From positions 32,001 to 96,000 of the forward strand of contig CAVXJS010000008.1 in the NCBI GenBank assembly GCA_963762145.1: DNA of 64,000 nucleotides, written 5' to 3'. Below are positions 51,211 to 59,854 of this stretch, one piece after another. Each line of letters opens with the position of its first letter. The first letter of the stretch is position 1. The notes under the pieces are model-generated. The model worked only from the letters and a program-made list of their open reading frames with translations, was not told where the DNA came from and did no database searches. Origin of the DNA: an uncultured Candidatus Rokubacteria bacterium. Lineage in GTDB: Bacteria > Methylomirabilota > Methylomirabilia > Rokubacteriales > CSP1-6. Made by a program: the position numbers and the translations under genes.

Positions 51211-51819
51211 ATGGATGGCTGGGATCTTGTCAGACGAAGCATGGTCGTGGCGCTGGAATTCTGGGATCGTGTCAAGCAGGCGACGGTGATGTGGCTGACG
51301 CTCTGGAACGGCGTCAGAAGGACGTGGTTCGGAATCTTAGCCAGCTTGTTCATGGTGGTCGTCATCATCGCTGCGTGTTACGGGGCGTGGGGTGCATGGA
51401 CTTCTTGGCGCCTTGCAAAGCTGGCATCGGTTTCGACGACTTGGCCGAATATCAGAATCTTGAATGACGTGACGGTCGAGACTAGAACGAGGTGTAGAGA
51501 ATCGGTGCTGTCCTACATCGTAGTACTAGTCCCTCCGAAGAATGATGACGCGGTGACTTTGGCGGACAAGACCGACGCCGCCAAAGTCATGACCGACAGA
51601 CTCAGAGAACGTCTCAAAGCGATCCACCTGAGATTTGTCGATAAGGACGGCTTCCCTACTGCGGCCTATGACGTGGCCATCGATGAGTTCGTCAGGTTGT
51701 ACTTCAGCGACCATGCACGCCCCACGACTCTTGAGGCTCGGGGCCGGGTCCCTTGTAGTCCTGCCAGTTACCTTCAAACCAAGTCACTCCTCCTGAGCTG
51801 GACAGAACGGCCTGAGTGA
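51211..51819 (+). CDS. Hypothetical single-pass membrane protein, lower GC than flanks
   Basis: 202-aa ORF, TM FGILASLFMVVVIIAACYGAW; many A/T-ending codons; TATACT at 51092-51097 upstream. Confidence 0.65.
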   Translation: MDGWDLVRRSMVVALEFWDRVKQATVMWLTLWNGVRRTWFGILASLFMVVVIIAACYGAWGAWTSWRLAKLASVSTTWPNIRILNDVTVETRTRCRESVLSYIVVLVPPKNDDAVTLADKTDAAKVMTDRLRERLKAIHLRFVDKDGFPTAAYDVAIDEFVRLYFSDHARPTTLEARGRVPCSPASYLQTKSLLLSWTERPE

Positions 51820-51856
51820 GCAGCCGCGAGTGCCAGCCGCAAGAGAGCGCCTACCC

Positions 51857-52842
51857 CTACTCGATCAGGTGATCCGCCCGCTGCAGGAGCGACGGCGGCA
51901 TCGTGAGACCGAGGGCTTTGGCGGTCCTCAGGTTGATGACCAGCTCATACTTCGCGGGCTGCTGGATGGGAAGATCGGCAGGCTTCGCGCCCTTGAGGAT
52001 CTTGTCCACATAGGCCGCGGCGTGGCGGGAGAGTTCGACGATACCGCTGCCGTATGACATCAGGCCGCCCACTTCCACGTGCTCGCGCACTCGTAGATCG
52101 CGGGCAAGCGGTACTTGGCGGCTCGCTCGACGATCTGCTTCCGGTCGCGAGTGAGGATGGGGCTCGGGAGGACAAAGAGCGCCTCGCTTCTCTCCGAAAC
52201 CATCCTCGCGAAGGCGCGGTCGTAGTCACTACCCTGAATCTCGACGACGACCAGCTTGACCCGCAGGGCTGACGCCGCCTTCTGCGCCTCCTGCAGCGAA
52301 TCCCCGCCGTGTCCACCGACAGCGAGGACCGCGAGCCGCGCGACCCCCGGGACCGCTTCCATGATCAACTCCAACCGTTTGCCGGCGAGCGCGGTCTCGC
52401 CAGCGGTTGTCACCCCGGTGATGTTCCCGCCTGGCCTTGAAAGGCTTGCCACCCATCCCCTCGCGACAGGATCGCCGCCAAAGATCATGACGATTGGGAC
52501 TGTTGCTGTCGTGTCTTTTGCGGCCTGAACGGCCGGCTCGCTCAAGGCGACGATGACGTCCACCTGGAGCCCCACCAGCTCGCGGGTGAGCTGGGGAAGC
52601 CGGTCGATTCGGCCATCCGCGAATCGTCGCTCGACGACGAGGTTTCGGCCGTCGACGTAGCCCAGCTCGCGCAGGGCCACGGGGACAAGGTTCGGTGCCG
52701 TGGCAACCGAGGGGTCTGGGACCCCGCCGGGCGAGAGGATGCCCACACGGGACACCTTCCCCGTCTGCTGCGCCTCGGCGGCGAGCGGCGAGTGGAGGAG
52801 CGCGCCCGCCGCCGCCGCGATGAAGGCCCGGCGGCCGATCAC
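51857..52842 (-). CDS. PF04392-type ABC substrate-binding protein, Tat-like signal, frameshift near 52090
   Basis: [52 protein letters not shown]. Confidence 0.9.
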
Positions 52843-53823
52843 TCGATCACCTGGTCCGCCCGCTGCAAGAGCGACGGCGGGATCGTCAGGCCGAGGGCCT
52901 TAGCGGTCTTGAGGTTCAGCACCAGCTCGAACTTCGTGGGCTGCTCGAGCGGAAGCTCGGCGGGTTTTGCGCCGCGCAGGATGCGGTCGACGTACACCGC
53001 GGCGCGCTGAAATCGATCCAGGCGGCCGGGACCGTAAGAGAGCAGCCCCCCTTCGTCCGGAAACTGCCGTTGCTCATAGAACGCAGGCAGGCGGTGGCGC
53101 TCCGCGAGCTCGACGACCCGTCGCGAGTCGCCGTGGAGCATCGGGTCCGACACCACGATCAACGCGTCGGTACCCAGCCGGGCCATCTTGTCGAATGCCC
53201 CCGCAAGGTCTCCCCCCTTGCGGACATCTACCACATGAGCCCGTACCGACAAGGGTCTTGAGGCCGCTTCGATGGCACGAACGACCGGCGGGGTCGTGGG
53301 GTTCGCCAAGTTCGCGAGCACACCGATGATGTCCGCCTTGGGGAGGATCTCTCGAATGAGCTGAAGGCGTTTCCCACTCAGCTCCGGCGCGAAGCCCGAT
53401 ACCCCGGTTGACGTTGCCGCTCGGGCGCGCCAGGTCCGGCACCACGCCTGCACTCAGCGCATCCCCGAGCGTCTCGATGACGATAGGGATCGTACTTGTC
53501 GCCTGCATCGCTGCCTTGATGGCGGGCGCCGCGACCGCGAAGATCGCATCCGGCTTCCGGACAACCAGCTCGGTCGCCAGGGCCGGAAGCCGATCGTACC
53601 GGTTGTCGGCATACCGAAAGTCCAGAGCCAGATTCTTGCCTTCGATCCACCCGAGCTCCGATAGACGCGCACGGAATGCCTTGAACGTTTCGGCGTCTGG
53701 AACGGCGGATCCAGCGACGAGGACACCCACCCGCGCGACTCTCCCGGACGGCTGAGGCTGAGCAGCGACCGGCGCGGCGAGGAAGCTTCCGGCCACCGTT
53801 CCAAGGAAGGTACGTCGGTCCAC
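52839..53823 (-). CDS. PF04392-type ABC substrate-binding protein, Tat-like signal, frameshift near 53410
   Basis: MDRRTFLG, ELGWIEGKN, LARPSGNV, GGLLSYG, YVDRILRGAKPAELP; 4-nt overlap with the next paralog. Confidence 0.9.
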
Positions 53824-54090
53824 ACAACCCCCCGCCGGGCCGCCCGTCTAGAGGGTCCGGGGCGGAGAGAACCCAAGCTTGGCGAAGTTACACCCGCGCC
53901 GAGTGAGTCCGCTACATCTTCTTGTCGGCCATGCCTTCCGGCGGCACGGTGGGCTTCCCTAGATGCGACCCGGTGCCCCCTGCCGATCGGTAAGCAGACT
54001 CCGGCCACTCTGAACGAACGCCCCGGTACTTCTTCCGCACTTCGCACCGTCCAAGTTCCTTTAACCTCGGTTTGGTGTAGTCCGCCCGCC

Positions 54091-54106
54091 CGGCACGCTG
54101 CTTGCT
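54091..54106 (+). promoter_or_regulatory. Putative sigma54 (-24/-12) promoter
   Basis: CGGCACG-CTGC-TTGCT versus consensus TGGCACG-N4-TTGCW, 30 nt upstream of ATG 54137. Confidence 0.65.
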
Positions 54107-54136
54107 CCTGCGCCGAAGCCCAGAGGCCTGAAAGCC

Positions 54137-54274
54137 ATGCCCAAGTGCGAGAAGTGCGGCGCACAGATGGCGACGATACTCAAGCGGGAAGGTGGGAAGA
54201 CCCAGACGGTGTACGAGTGCTTGGAGTGTAGACGAGAGGAACCAGGCAGGCCGCCCCTAGCCGGTGACGAGTAG
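54137..54274 (+). CDS. 45-aa zinc-ribbon protein (not in the ORF track)
   Basis: MPKCEKCGAQMATILKREGGKTQTVYECLECRREEPGRPPLAGDE; two CxxC motifs. Confidence 0.6.
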   Translation: MPKCEKCGAQMATILKREGGKTQTVYECLECRREEPGRPPLAGDE

Positions 54275-54285
54275 GGGGCTGTCCG

Positions 54286-54483
54286 GTGCCCGTCCTCAGC
54301 GGTGTGGTGAGTGAAGAGGGTGAAGGCTTCCTCGTGCTGGGCGGCGGAACACGGGTCAAGGTCCGGTCGAGTGTACGGCCCGCGGATCTGGTCGTCGGCG
54401 CCCGTGTGGTGGTGACCGCCCAGCTCCGAGGAGCCGAGTGGGTTGCCGAGGACGTCCGGGTTGAGGGTAGTCGGTGTCCGTGA
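54286..54483 (+). CDS. Small OB-fold-like protein (DUF5666-like)
   Basis: 65 aa; GVV..GFLVLGG..DLVVGARVVV..WVAEDVRV pattern. Confidence 0.5.
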   Translation: MPVLSGVVSEEGEGFLVLGGGTRVKVRSSVRPADLVVGARVVVTAQLRGAEWVAEDVRVEGSRCP

Positions 54484-54845
54484 AGCGCCTCTTGATAGTG
54501 GATGACGACGAGAACCTCCGAGAAGTGCTCTCCGACGTTCTGAGCGAACGTGGGCGTGTGATCGATACCGCCGGCGACGGTATCGAAGCGGTAGCGATGA
54601 TCGGTCAAAATCAGTATGACCTGATCCTCAGCGATCTCAGTATGCCGGGCCTCGACGGTCCCGCCCTCTACGACGCCATTCACTCCATTGACCCTGCGAG
54701 CGCGCCTCGGGTGATCTTCATGACCGGGCACGCTGATGGTGGGGCCTACGCCGAGTTCCTCAAAGGGACAACGGAGCCGATGCTGGAGAAGCCCTTCAAT
54801 CTGGACGTTGTTCGAAACCTGGTGAACGTGCTGCTGAGGGATTAG
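54474..54845 (+). CDS. Single-domain response regulator (receiver)
   Basis: LLIVDDD, DLILSDLSMPGLDG, IFMTG, EKPF. Confidence 0.9.
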   Translation: MSVKRLLIVDDDENLREVLSDVLSERGRVIDTAGDGIEAVAMIGQNQYDLILSDLSMPGLDGPALYDAIHSIDPASAPRVIFMTGHADGGAYAEFLKGTTEPMLEKPFNLDVVRNLVNVLLRD

Positions 54846-54928
54846 GGGAGGGCGCGAGCGCACGGGCGCCAAGAATGCTACAGTCTCAGCCGACCCGGCC
54901 CTGATCTCCCACCACGAGGAGGATCGCC

Positions 54929-56051
54929 ATGGGACGCGCTTACAACGTCATCGACGCCGACGGCCACGTGCTCGAACCGGTGGACATCTGGGACAAGTAC
55001 ATCGATCCCGGCCTGTCGCGAGCGGGCGCCGCGGATCGTCATCGACACCGACGGCAAGGAGCGCCTCCTCGTCGAGGGGCAGGTCCTCGGCAGCCAGAAG
55101 GGCTTCGGCGTCATCGGCGCGATCGGGGCCCGGCAGGGCGAGGTAGTCCCGGAGGAGACCATGAAGTACGTGGACGGCCGGCGCGGCGGGTTCGATCCGC
55201 ACGCCCGCATCCCGGACATGGATCTGGACGGCATCGACGCCGCCTTCCTCTACCCGAGCGTCGGCCTCTTCGCGGGCGCGGTGCGGGAGCCGGGGCTCGC
55301 GGCCGGGATGTGCCGCGCCTACAATCGCTGGCTCGCGGACTACTGCCAGCCCTATCCCGACCGGCTGTTCGGGGTGGCGATGCTGCCGATGCAGTCGATC
55401 GACCTGGCGATCCAGGAGATGCGCTACGCGCGGAAGGAGCTGGGCATGCGCGCCGGCTTCCTCCGGCCCAACCCCTACAACGGCAAGATGCTGCACCACC
55501 CGGACTACGCCCCGTTCTGGGAGGAGGTCCAGGAGCTGGACATGGCGATCGGGATCCACGAGGGCGCGAGCGGCGGCATGCCCCAGGTCGGCGTGGACCG
55601 CTTCGAGACGCGCGGGGCCCGGCACATCATCTCGCACACGATGGAGATGATGCTGGCCGCGATGAGCGTGATCTGGAGCGGGGTATGCGACCGCTACCCA
55701 CGCGTGCGGATCGGCTTCATGGAGTCGGGCGGCGGGTGGATCGCGCCGTGGCTCGATCGGATGGATCGCCACTTCGACGACCAGGGCTTCAACGACTCGG
55801 GCCTCTCCATGCGGCCGACCGAGCTGTTCCGGCGCAACTGCTGGATCTCGTTCGAGCCGGTCGAGGGCTGCCTGAGCGCCCTGGCCGACTACATCGGCCC
55901 GCACAAGATCCTGTGGGCCACCGACTACCCGCATCCCGACGGCTTCTTCCCCGGCGCCCCGCAGCTCATCGCGAACCGGCCCGAGCTGTCGGACGCGACG
56001 AAGCGCGAGATCCTGGGCGGGGGCGCCCGGCGCTTCTACGGTCTGACGTAG
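54929..56051 (+). CDS. Amidohydrolase_2 family protein, frameshift near 55012
   Basis: VIDADGHVLEP, RAYNRWLADYC, IGIHEG, MESGGGW, WATDYPHPDG; SD GAGGAGG. Confidence 0.9.
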
Positions 56052-56057
56052 CCGCCC

Positions 56058-57266
56058 GTGACCGACCGGGCGCTGACCGGCCTCCGCATCCTCGACCTCA
56101 CCCAGTTCGAGGCGGGCACCTCCTGCACCCAGCTCCTGGGCTGGCTGGGCGCCGACGTCATCAAGATCGAGCCGCCCGGCGGCGAGCAGTCGCGCCGGAA
56201 CCGGCCGGAGGTGCCGGGGCTCGACGCGATGTTCTTCCTGCTCTTCAACTCCAACAAGCGCAGCGTCACCATCGATCTCAAGAAGCCGGAAGGCCACGCG
56301 CTGTTCCTCCAGCTGGCCGAGCGGGCGGACGTGGTGGTCGAGAACTTCGCCCCCGGCCTGATGGAGCGGCTCGGGCTCGACTGGGAGCGCCTGCGCGCGG
56401 TGAATCCGCGCATCATCCTCGCGCGCCTCAAAGGCTTCGGCCTCTCGGGCCCGTATCACGAGTTCAAGAGCTTCGACATGATCGCCCAGGCGATGGGCGG
56501 CGTGATGAGCGTCACCGGCTTCCCGGACCGCGAGCCCGTGCTCTGCGGCGCCAACATCGGCGACAGCGGCGCCGGCGTGCACATGGCGGCCGGCATCATG
56601 GCCGCGGTCATCGAGCGGCAGCGGACGGGCCGGGGCCAGACGGTGGAGGTCTCCATGCAGGAGGCGGTGGCGAATCTCATCCGCCAGCGCTACGTGGTCC
56701 ACTACCGCGACGGCAAGCCCACGCCCCGCCGGGGCAACGGCGCGCCGCCGGGCGCGGTGCCCGACGGGCTCTACGCGTGCGCGCCGGGCGGCCCCAACGA
56801 CTACGTCTACATCTACGTGCAGCCGATGAACCAGGGCATGTGGCAGGACTTCGCCCGCGCGATCGGGCGCGAGGACCTGCTCGCCGACCCGCGCTGCGTC
56901 GACGCGGCTACCAGATGGGCTCATCGGGACGCGCTCAACGGCATCGCGCGGGCCTGGACGGGCGCGCGCTCCAAGCAGGAGGTGCTCGAGACGCTCGGCA
57001 AGGCGGGCGTGCCGTGCGGCGCGATCCTGGACACGCAGGAGGTGCTGGACGACCCGCACATGAACGCGCGCGGCGCCGTCCTGACGATCGATCATCCGAC
57101 GCGCGGCCGGTTCCGGGTGCCCGGCTGCCCGATCCGCCTGTCATCCTCCGAGCCGGTGACGACGCCGCCGCCGCTGGCGGGCCAGCACACCGACGAGGTC
57201 CTGGCCGAGGTGCTGGGCCTGTCGCCCCAGGCGGTGGCGGATCTGCGGGCACGCGCCGCGATCTGA
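56058..57266 (+). CDS. Family III CoA-transferase (formyl-CoA transferase-like); paralog of 37389..38586
   Basis: LDLTQFEAGTSCTQLLGWLGADVIKIE, ENFAPG, IGDSGAG, PLAGQHTDEVL. Confidence 0.92.
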   Translation: MTDRALTGLRILDLTQFEAGTSCTQLLGWLGADVIKIEPPGGEQSRRNRPEVPGLDAMFFLLFNSNKRSVTIDLKKPEGHALFLQLAERADVVVENFAPGLMERLGLDWERLRAVNPRIILARLKGFGLSGPYHEFKSFDMIAQAMGGVMSVTGFPDREPVLCGANIGDSGAGVHMAAGIMAAVIERQRTGRGQTVEVSMQEAVANLIRQRYVVHYRDGKPTPRRGNGAPPGAVPDGLYACAPGGPNDYVYIYVQPMNQGMWQDFARAIGREDLLADPRCVDAATRWAHRDALNGIARAWTGARSKQEVLETLGKAGVPCGAILDTQEVLDDPHMNARGAVLTIDHPTRGRFRVPGCPIRLSSSEPVTTPPPLAGQHTDEVLAEVLGLSPQAVADLRARAAI

Positions 57267-57269
57267 CGC

Positions 57270-57962
57270 GTGCTCTTCGGTCACTCCGCCGCCCTCTGGC
57301 AGCAGTTCCCCCAGCTCGTCCCCGGCGTGCTCGTCGTGGCGGACGTGCGCCCCGACGTGGACGTGCCGCTCGAGCCGTGGCACGCCCGCGCCCGCGAGCG
57401 GCTCGCCCGCGGCCCGGAGTCCGAGCTGGCCGAGGTGTCGGCGTGGCGGCGCGCCTACACGCAGATGGGGCTCAAGCCCACGCAGTACCGGTCCGCGGCC
57501 GAGGCGCTGCTGCGCCGCTTCCGCCGCGAGGGCGATCTGCCGCGGCTGCATCCCCTGGTCGATCTCTGCAACGCGGTCTCGCTCGCCTTCGCCCTGCCGG
57601 TGGCGGTGTTCGACCTGGCCGGGGTCGACTCGCGGCTGGAGGTCCGGCACGCGGTGGGCGGTGAGGAGCACACCGGCTTCGGCGGCGAGACCGAGCGCGC
57701 GGAGCCGGGCGAGGTGATCTTCGTGGACGCGGCCGATCACGCGCACGCGCGGCGGTGGACGTTCCGGCAGAGCCGCCGCTCGACGGTGTCGCCCGGGACG
57801 CGCGACGTGCTGATCGTCGCCGAGGGACTCCACCCCGCGGCCTCGACGGACGTGCCCGCCCTGATCGACGCGCTCGCCACCCACGTCGGCGGGCTGTGGG
57901 GCGCTCCTCGCCAGCGCGCGGTGCTGACCGCCGCGGCGCCGCGGCTCGAGTTCGCGGCCTGA
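57270..57962 (+). CDS. B3/B4 (PheRS beta editing-like) domain protein
   Basis: WRRAYTQMGLKPTQYRSAAEALLRR, PLVDLCNAVS, RRWTFRQ. Confidence 0.9.
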   Translation: MLFGHSAALWQQFPQLVPGVLVVADVRPDVDVPLEPWHARARERLARGPESELAEVSAWRRAYTQMGLKPTQYRSAAEALLRRFRREGDLPRLHPLVDLCNAVSLAFALPVAVFDLAGVDSRLEVRHAVGGEEHTGFGGETERAEPGEVIFVDAADHAHARRWTFRQSRRSTVSPGTRDVLIVAEGLHPAASTDVPALIDALATHVGGLWGAPRQRAVLTAAAPRLEFAA

Positions 57963-58651
57963 GCGCCCCGCCGCCGGCCGGGCCCAGCGTCCGCTCCATC
58001 GTCGCGCTCTCCCTGCCCGCCGCGGCGGCGGTCCTGGTGTTCGGCAGTCTCTACGGCGCGGCGGCGCGCGGATACCTCGGCGTTCCGCTCACGCTCGCTT
58101 CGTCGCTCCTCGTCTACTCGGGCGCGCTCCAGTTCGCGATCGTGGCCCTGCTCGGCGCGGGCGCCACCACGCTGCCGCTCCTGCTGACCGCGGGCGTGCT
58201 CAATCTCCGCCACCTGGTGCTCGGCGCCGCGCTGCGATCGCGTTTCGAGAGCGGCCCGCTGCGACGGACGCTGCTGGCCTTCTTCCTGGCGGACGAGACC
58301 TTCGGGTTCGCCATCGCGGCCGGCAACGCGGCCGAGCCGCGGGCGGTCGGCGCGGCCACCGAGCGCACGCTGCTCTACTCCGGGCTGACGCTCTATGTCG
58401 CGTGGTTCGTCGGCACGGTCGTCGGGGTGCTGTTCGGCGGGCTCGCGGCGGTCGAAGGGCTGGCGGGCGCGCTCTTCCCCGTCCTCTTCATCGGCCTGGC
58501 CGCGCTCGCGGCGACCCGGCGCTCTCACGTGGTGCGCGCCCTCGCCGCAGCTCTCCTGACCGCCGCGGTCGCCCTCCTGCTGCCCGACCTGCGCATGCTC
58601 GCGCCGGTCGTCGCGGGCGTGGTGGTGGCCCTGCCGGGGGGCGACCGGTGA
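57959..58651 (+). CDS. AzlC family amino-acid exporter permease (start uncertain, possibly CTG 57959)
   Basis: SLLVYSGALQF, LNLRHLVLG, FFLADETFG, YVAWFVGT. Confidence 0.85.
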   Translation: MSAPPPAGPSVRSIVALSLPAAAAVLVFGSLYGAAARGYLGVPLTLASSLLVYSGALQFAIVALLGAGATTLPLLLTAGVLNLRHLVLGAALRSRFESGPLRRTLLAFFLADETFGFAIAAGNAAEPRAVGAATERTLLYSGLTLYVAWFVGTVVGVLFGGLAAVEGLAGALFPVLFIGLAALAATRRSHVVRALAAALLTAAVALLLPDLRMLAPVVAGVVVALPGGDR

Positions 58652-58941
58652 GCCCGCTGGTCCTCGGCGCGCTCGCGGTGATCACGTACGTCAGCCGCGC
58701 CGTCCCGGTGGTGCTGCTCCCGCGCCCCAGCCCCCGCGTCGAGACGATCCTGTCGCGCATCCCCGCCCCGATCTTCGCGAGCCTCGCGACCGCCACGCTC
58801 CTCGGCGACGGCGGCACGCTCGTGAGCGGCCCGACGCTGGCCGCCGCGGCGGGCGCGCTCCTGCTCAGCCCCGCCCGGTCGCTGCTGCCGTGCCTGATCG
58901 GCGGCGCCGTCGGCTACGCGGCCGCCGTCTGGCTGGGCTGA
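58648..58941 (+). CDS. AzlD family membrane protein
   Basis: GTGA overlap with azlC-like gene; ITYVSRAVP...LSRIPAPIFASL. Confidence 0.8.
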   Translation: MSPLVLGALAVITYVSRAVPVVLLPRPSPRVETILSRIPAPIFASLATATLLGDGGTLVSGPTLAAAAGALLLSPARSLLPCLIGGAVGYAAAVWLG

Positions 58942-58950
58942 CGCGCGCCC

Positions 58951-59457
58951 TCAGCGCTTCGCCGGCCACGCCCCCATGACCTGCCGGAGGATCGCCAGCT
59001 CGCCGATGTGATAGGTGTTGTGCTCGGAGACGATCAGCAGCTCGCGGATAAGGGTGTGTTTGGGCGCGTACGGCAACGGCGCGCCGAGGGCCACGCGCGG
59101 ATCGGCCGCGATCTTCTCGAGGGCGGCGCGGTCCTTCCGGAACTCGGCGATCGTCTTCTTCCAGGCCTTCGCGTCCGCCCGGGCGTCCGCCGCGGGCCAG
59201 TAGTCGGCGGGCCAGCTCGGGTGGTGGTAGTCCTCGTCCTGGATGTACTCCAGGATGTCGCGCTGGGCGATGCGCATGTGCTCGAGCAGGTGCCACGGGG
59301 TGTACGTCACGTTCGGCGGGCGGGTATTGATGTGCTTCATCGGGAAGTCGGCCACCACGTCGTCGAAGGTCATGTACGACGGGCCGTGAACCAGGTTCTG
59401 TACCTCGGCGCGCACCGCGTCTTTCTTCATCGGGCTCCTCGTCGGGGGGCTTTTCAC
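58951..59457 (-). CDS. DinB/YfiT superfamily protein
   Basis: TPWHLLEHMRIAQRDIL, YWP, EHNTYHIGE metal-binding His; true start may be ATG 59430. Confidence 0.88.
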   Translation of the reverse strand: MKSPPTRSPMKKDAVRAEVQNLVHGPSYMTFDDVVADFPMKHINTRPPNVTYTPWHLLEHMRIAQRDILEYIQDEDYHHPSWPADYWPAADARADAKAWKKTIAEFRKDRAALEKIAADPRVALGAPLPYAPKHTLIRELLIVSEHNTYHIGELAILRQVMGAWPAKR

Positions 59458-59759
59458 GGAGACCAGGTCGGCCAGGTCGGGACGGGCGGGAAAGTCTTCA
59501 GCGCCTCCTTGAACGCGGTCCAGAGGAACAGGCTCCGCCCCATGCCGGGACCGATCAGGTGCCCCTCGGAGATCCCGAGCTCTCTCCGGGCCACCCTCGA
59601 CGCTTCCCGGAGGTCCTCGACCGCGCTGAAGGTGCCATCGGCCTGCCGGCGGCTGAGGATGGGGGTCGGTCCCGGCGGCGCCGTCGAGAAGCCGAGCAGG
59701 TACTCGGCCCCATCACTGGCCTCGAAGAGAATGCCCTTCACGGTTCCCTGTCCTTTCAT
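59454..59759 (-). CDS. Hypothetical protein
   Basis: 101-aa ORF with SD GAGGAGG and 4-nt overlap with the DinB gene; no recognised motif. Confidence 0.6.
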   Translation of the reverse strand: MKGQGTVKGILFEASDGAEYLLGFSTAPPGPTPILSRRQADGTFSAVEDLREASRVARRELGISEGHLIGPGMGRSLFLWTAFKEALKTFPPVPTWPTWSP

Positions 59760-59801
59760 CGCGCCCCTCCTCGAGAAAAGACTACGCGGGTCACGCCGCG
59801 G

Positions 59802-59829
59802 TTGACAAGGTTGGCTCCAGGTCTAGACT
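59802..59829 (+). promoter_or_regulatory. Sigma70-type promoter
   Basis: TTGACA-N16-TAGACT upstream of SD AAGGAGGT and ATG 59855. Confidence 0.65.
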
Positions 59830-59854
59830 CGATCACCAAGGAGGTCACCGCCCC

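Noticed and set aside
53830-54090. Possible riboswitch or ncRNA in the long spacer
   Set aside because: No recognisable conserved motif or convincing stem set by eye; an Rfam/Infernal scan would be needed.
51030-54850. Lower-GC block as a prophage or insertion sequence
   Set aside because: No integrase, transposase, phage gene, tRNA target or terminal inverted repeats seen; reported as an accessory block instead.
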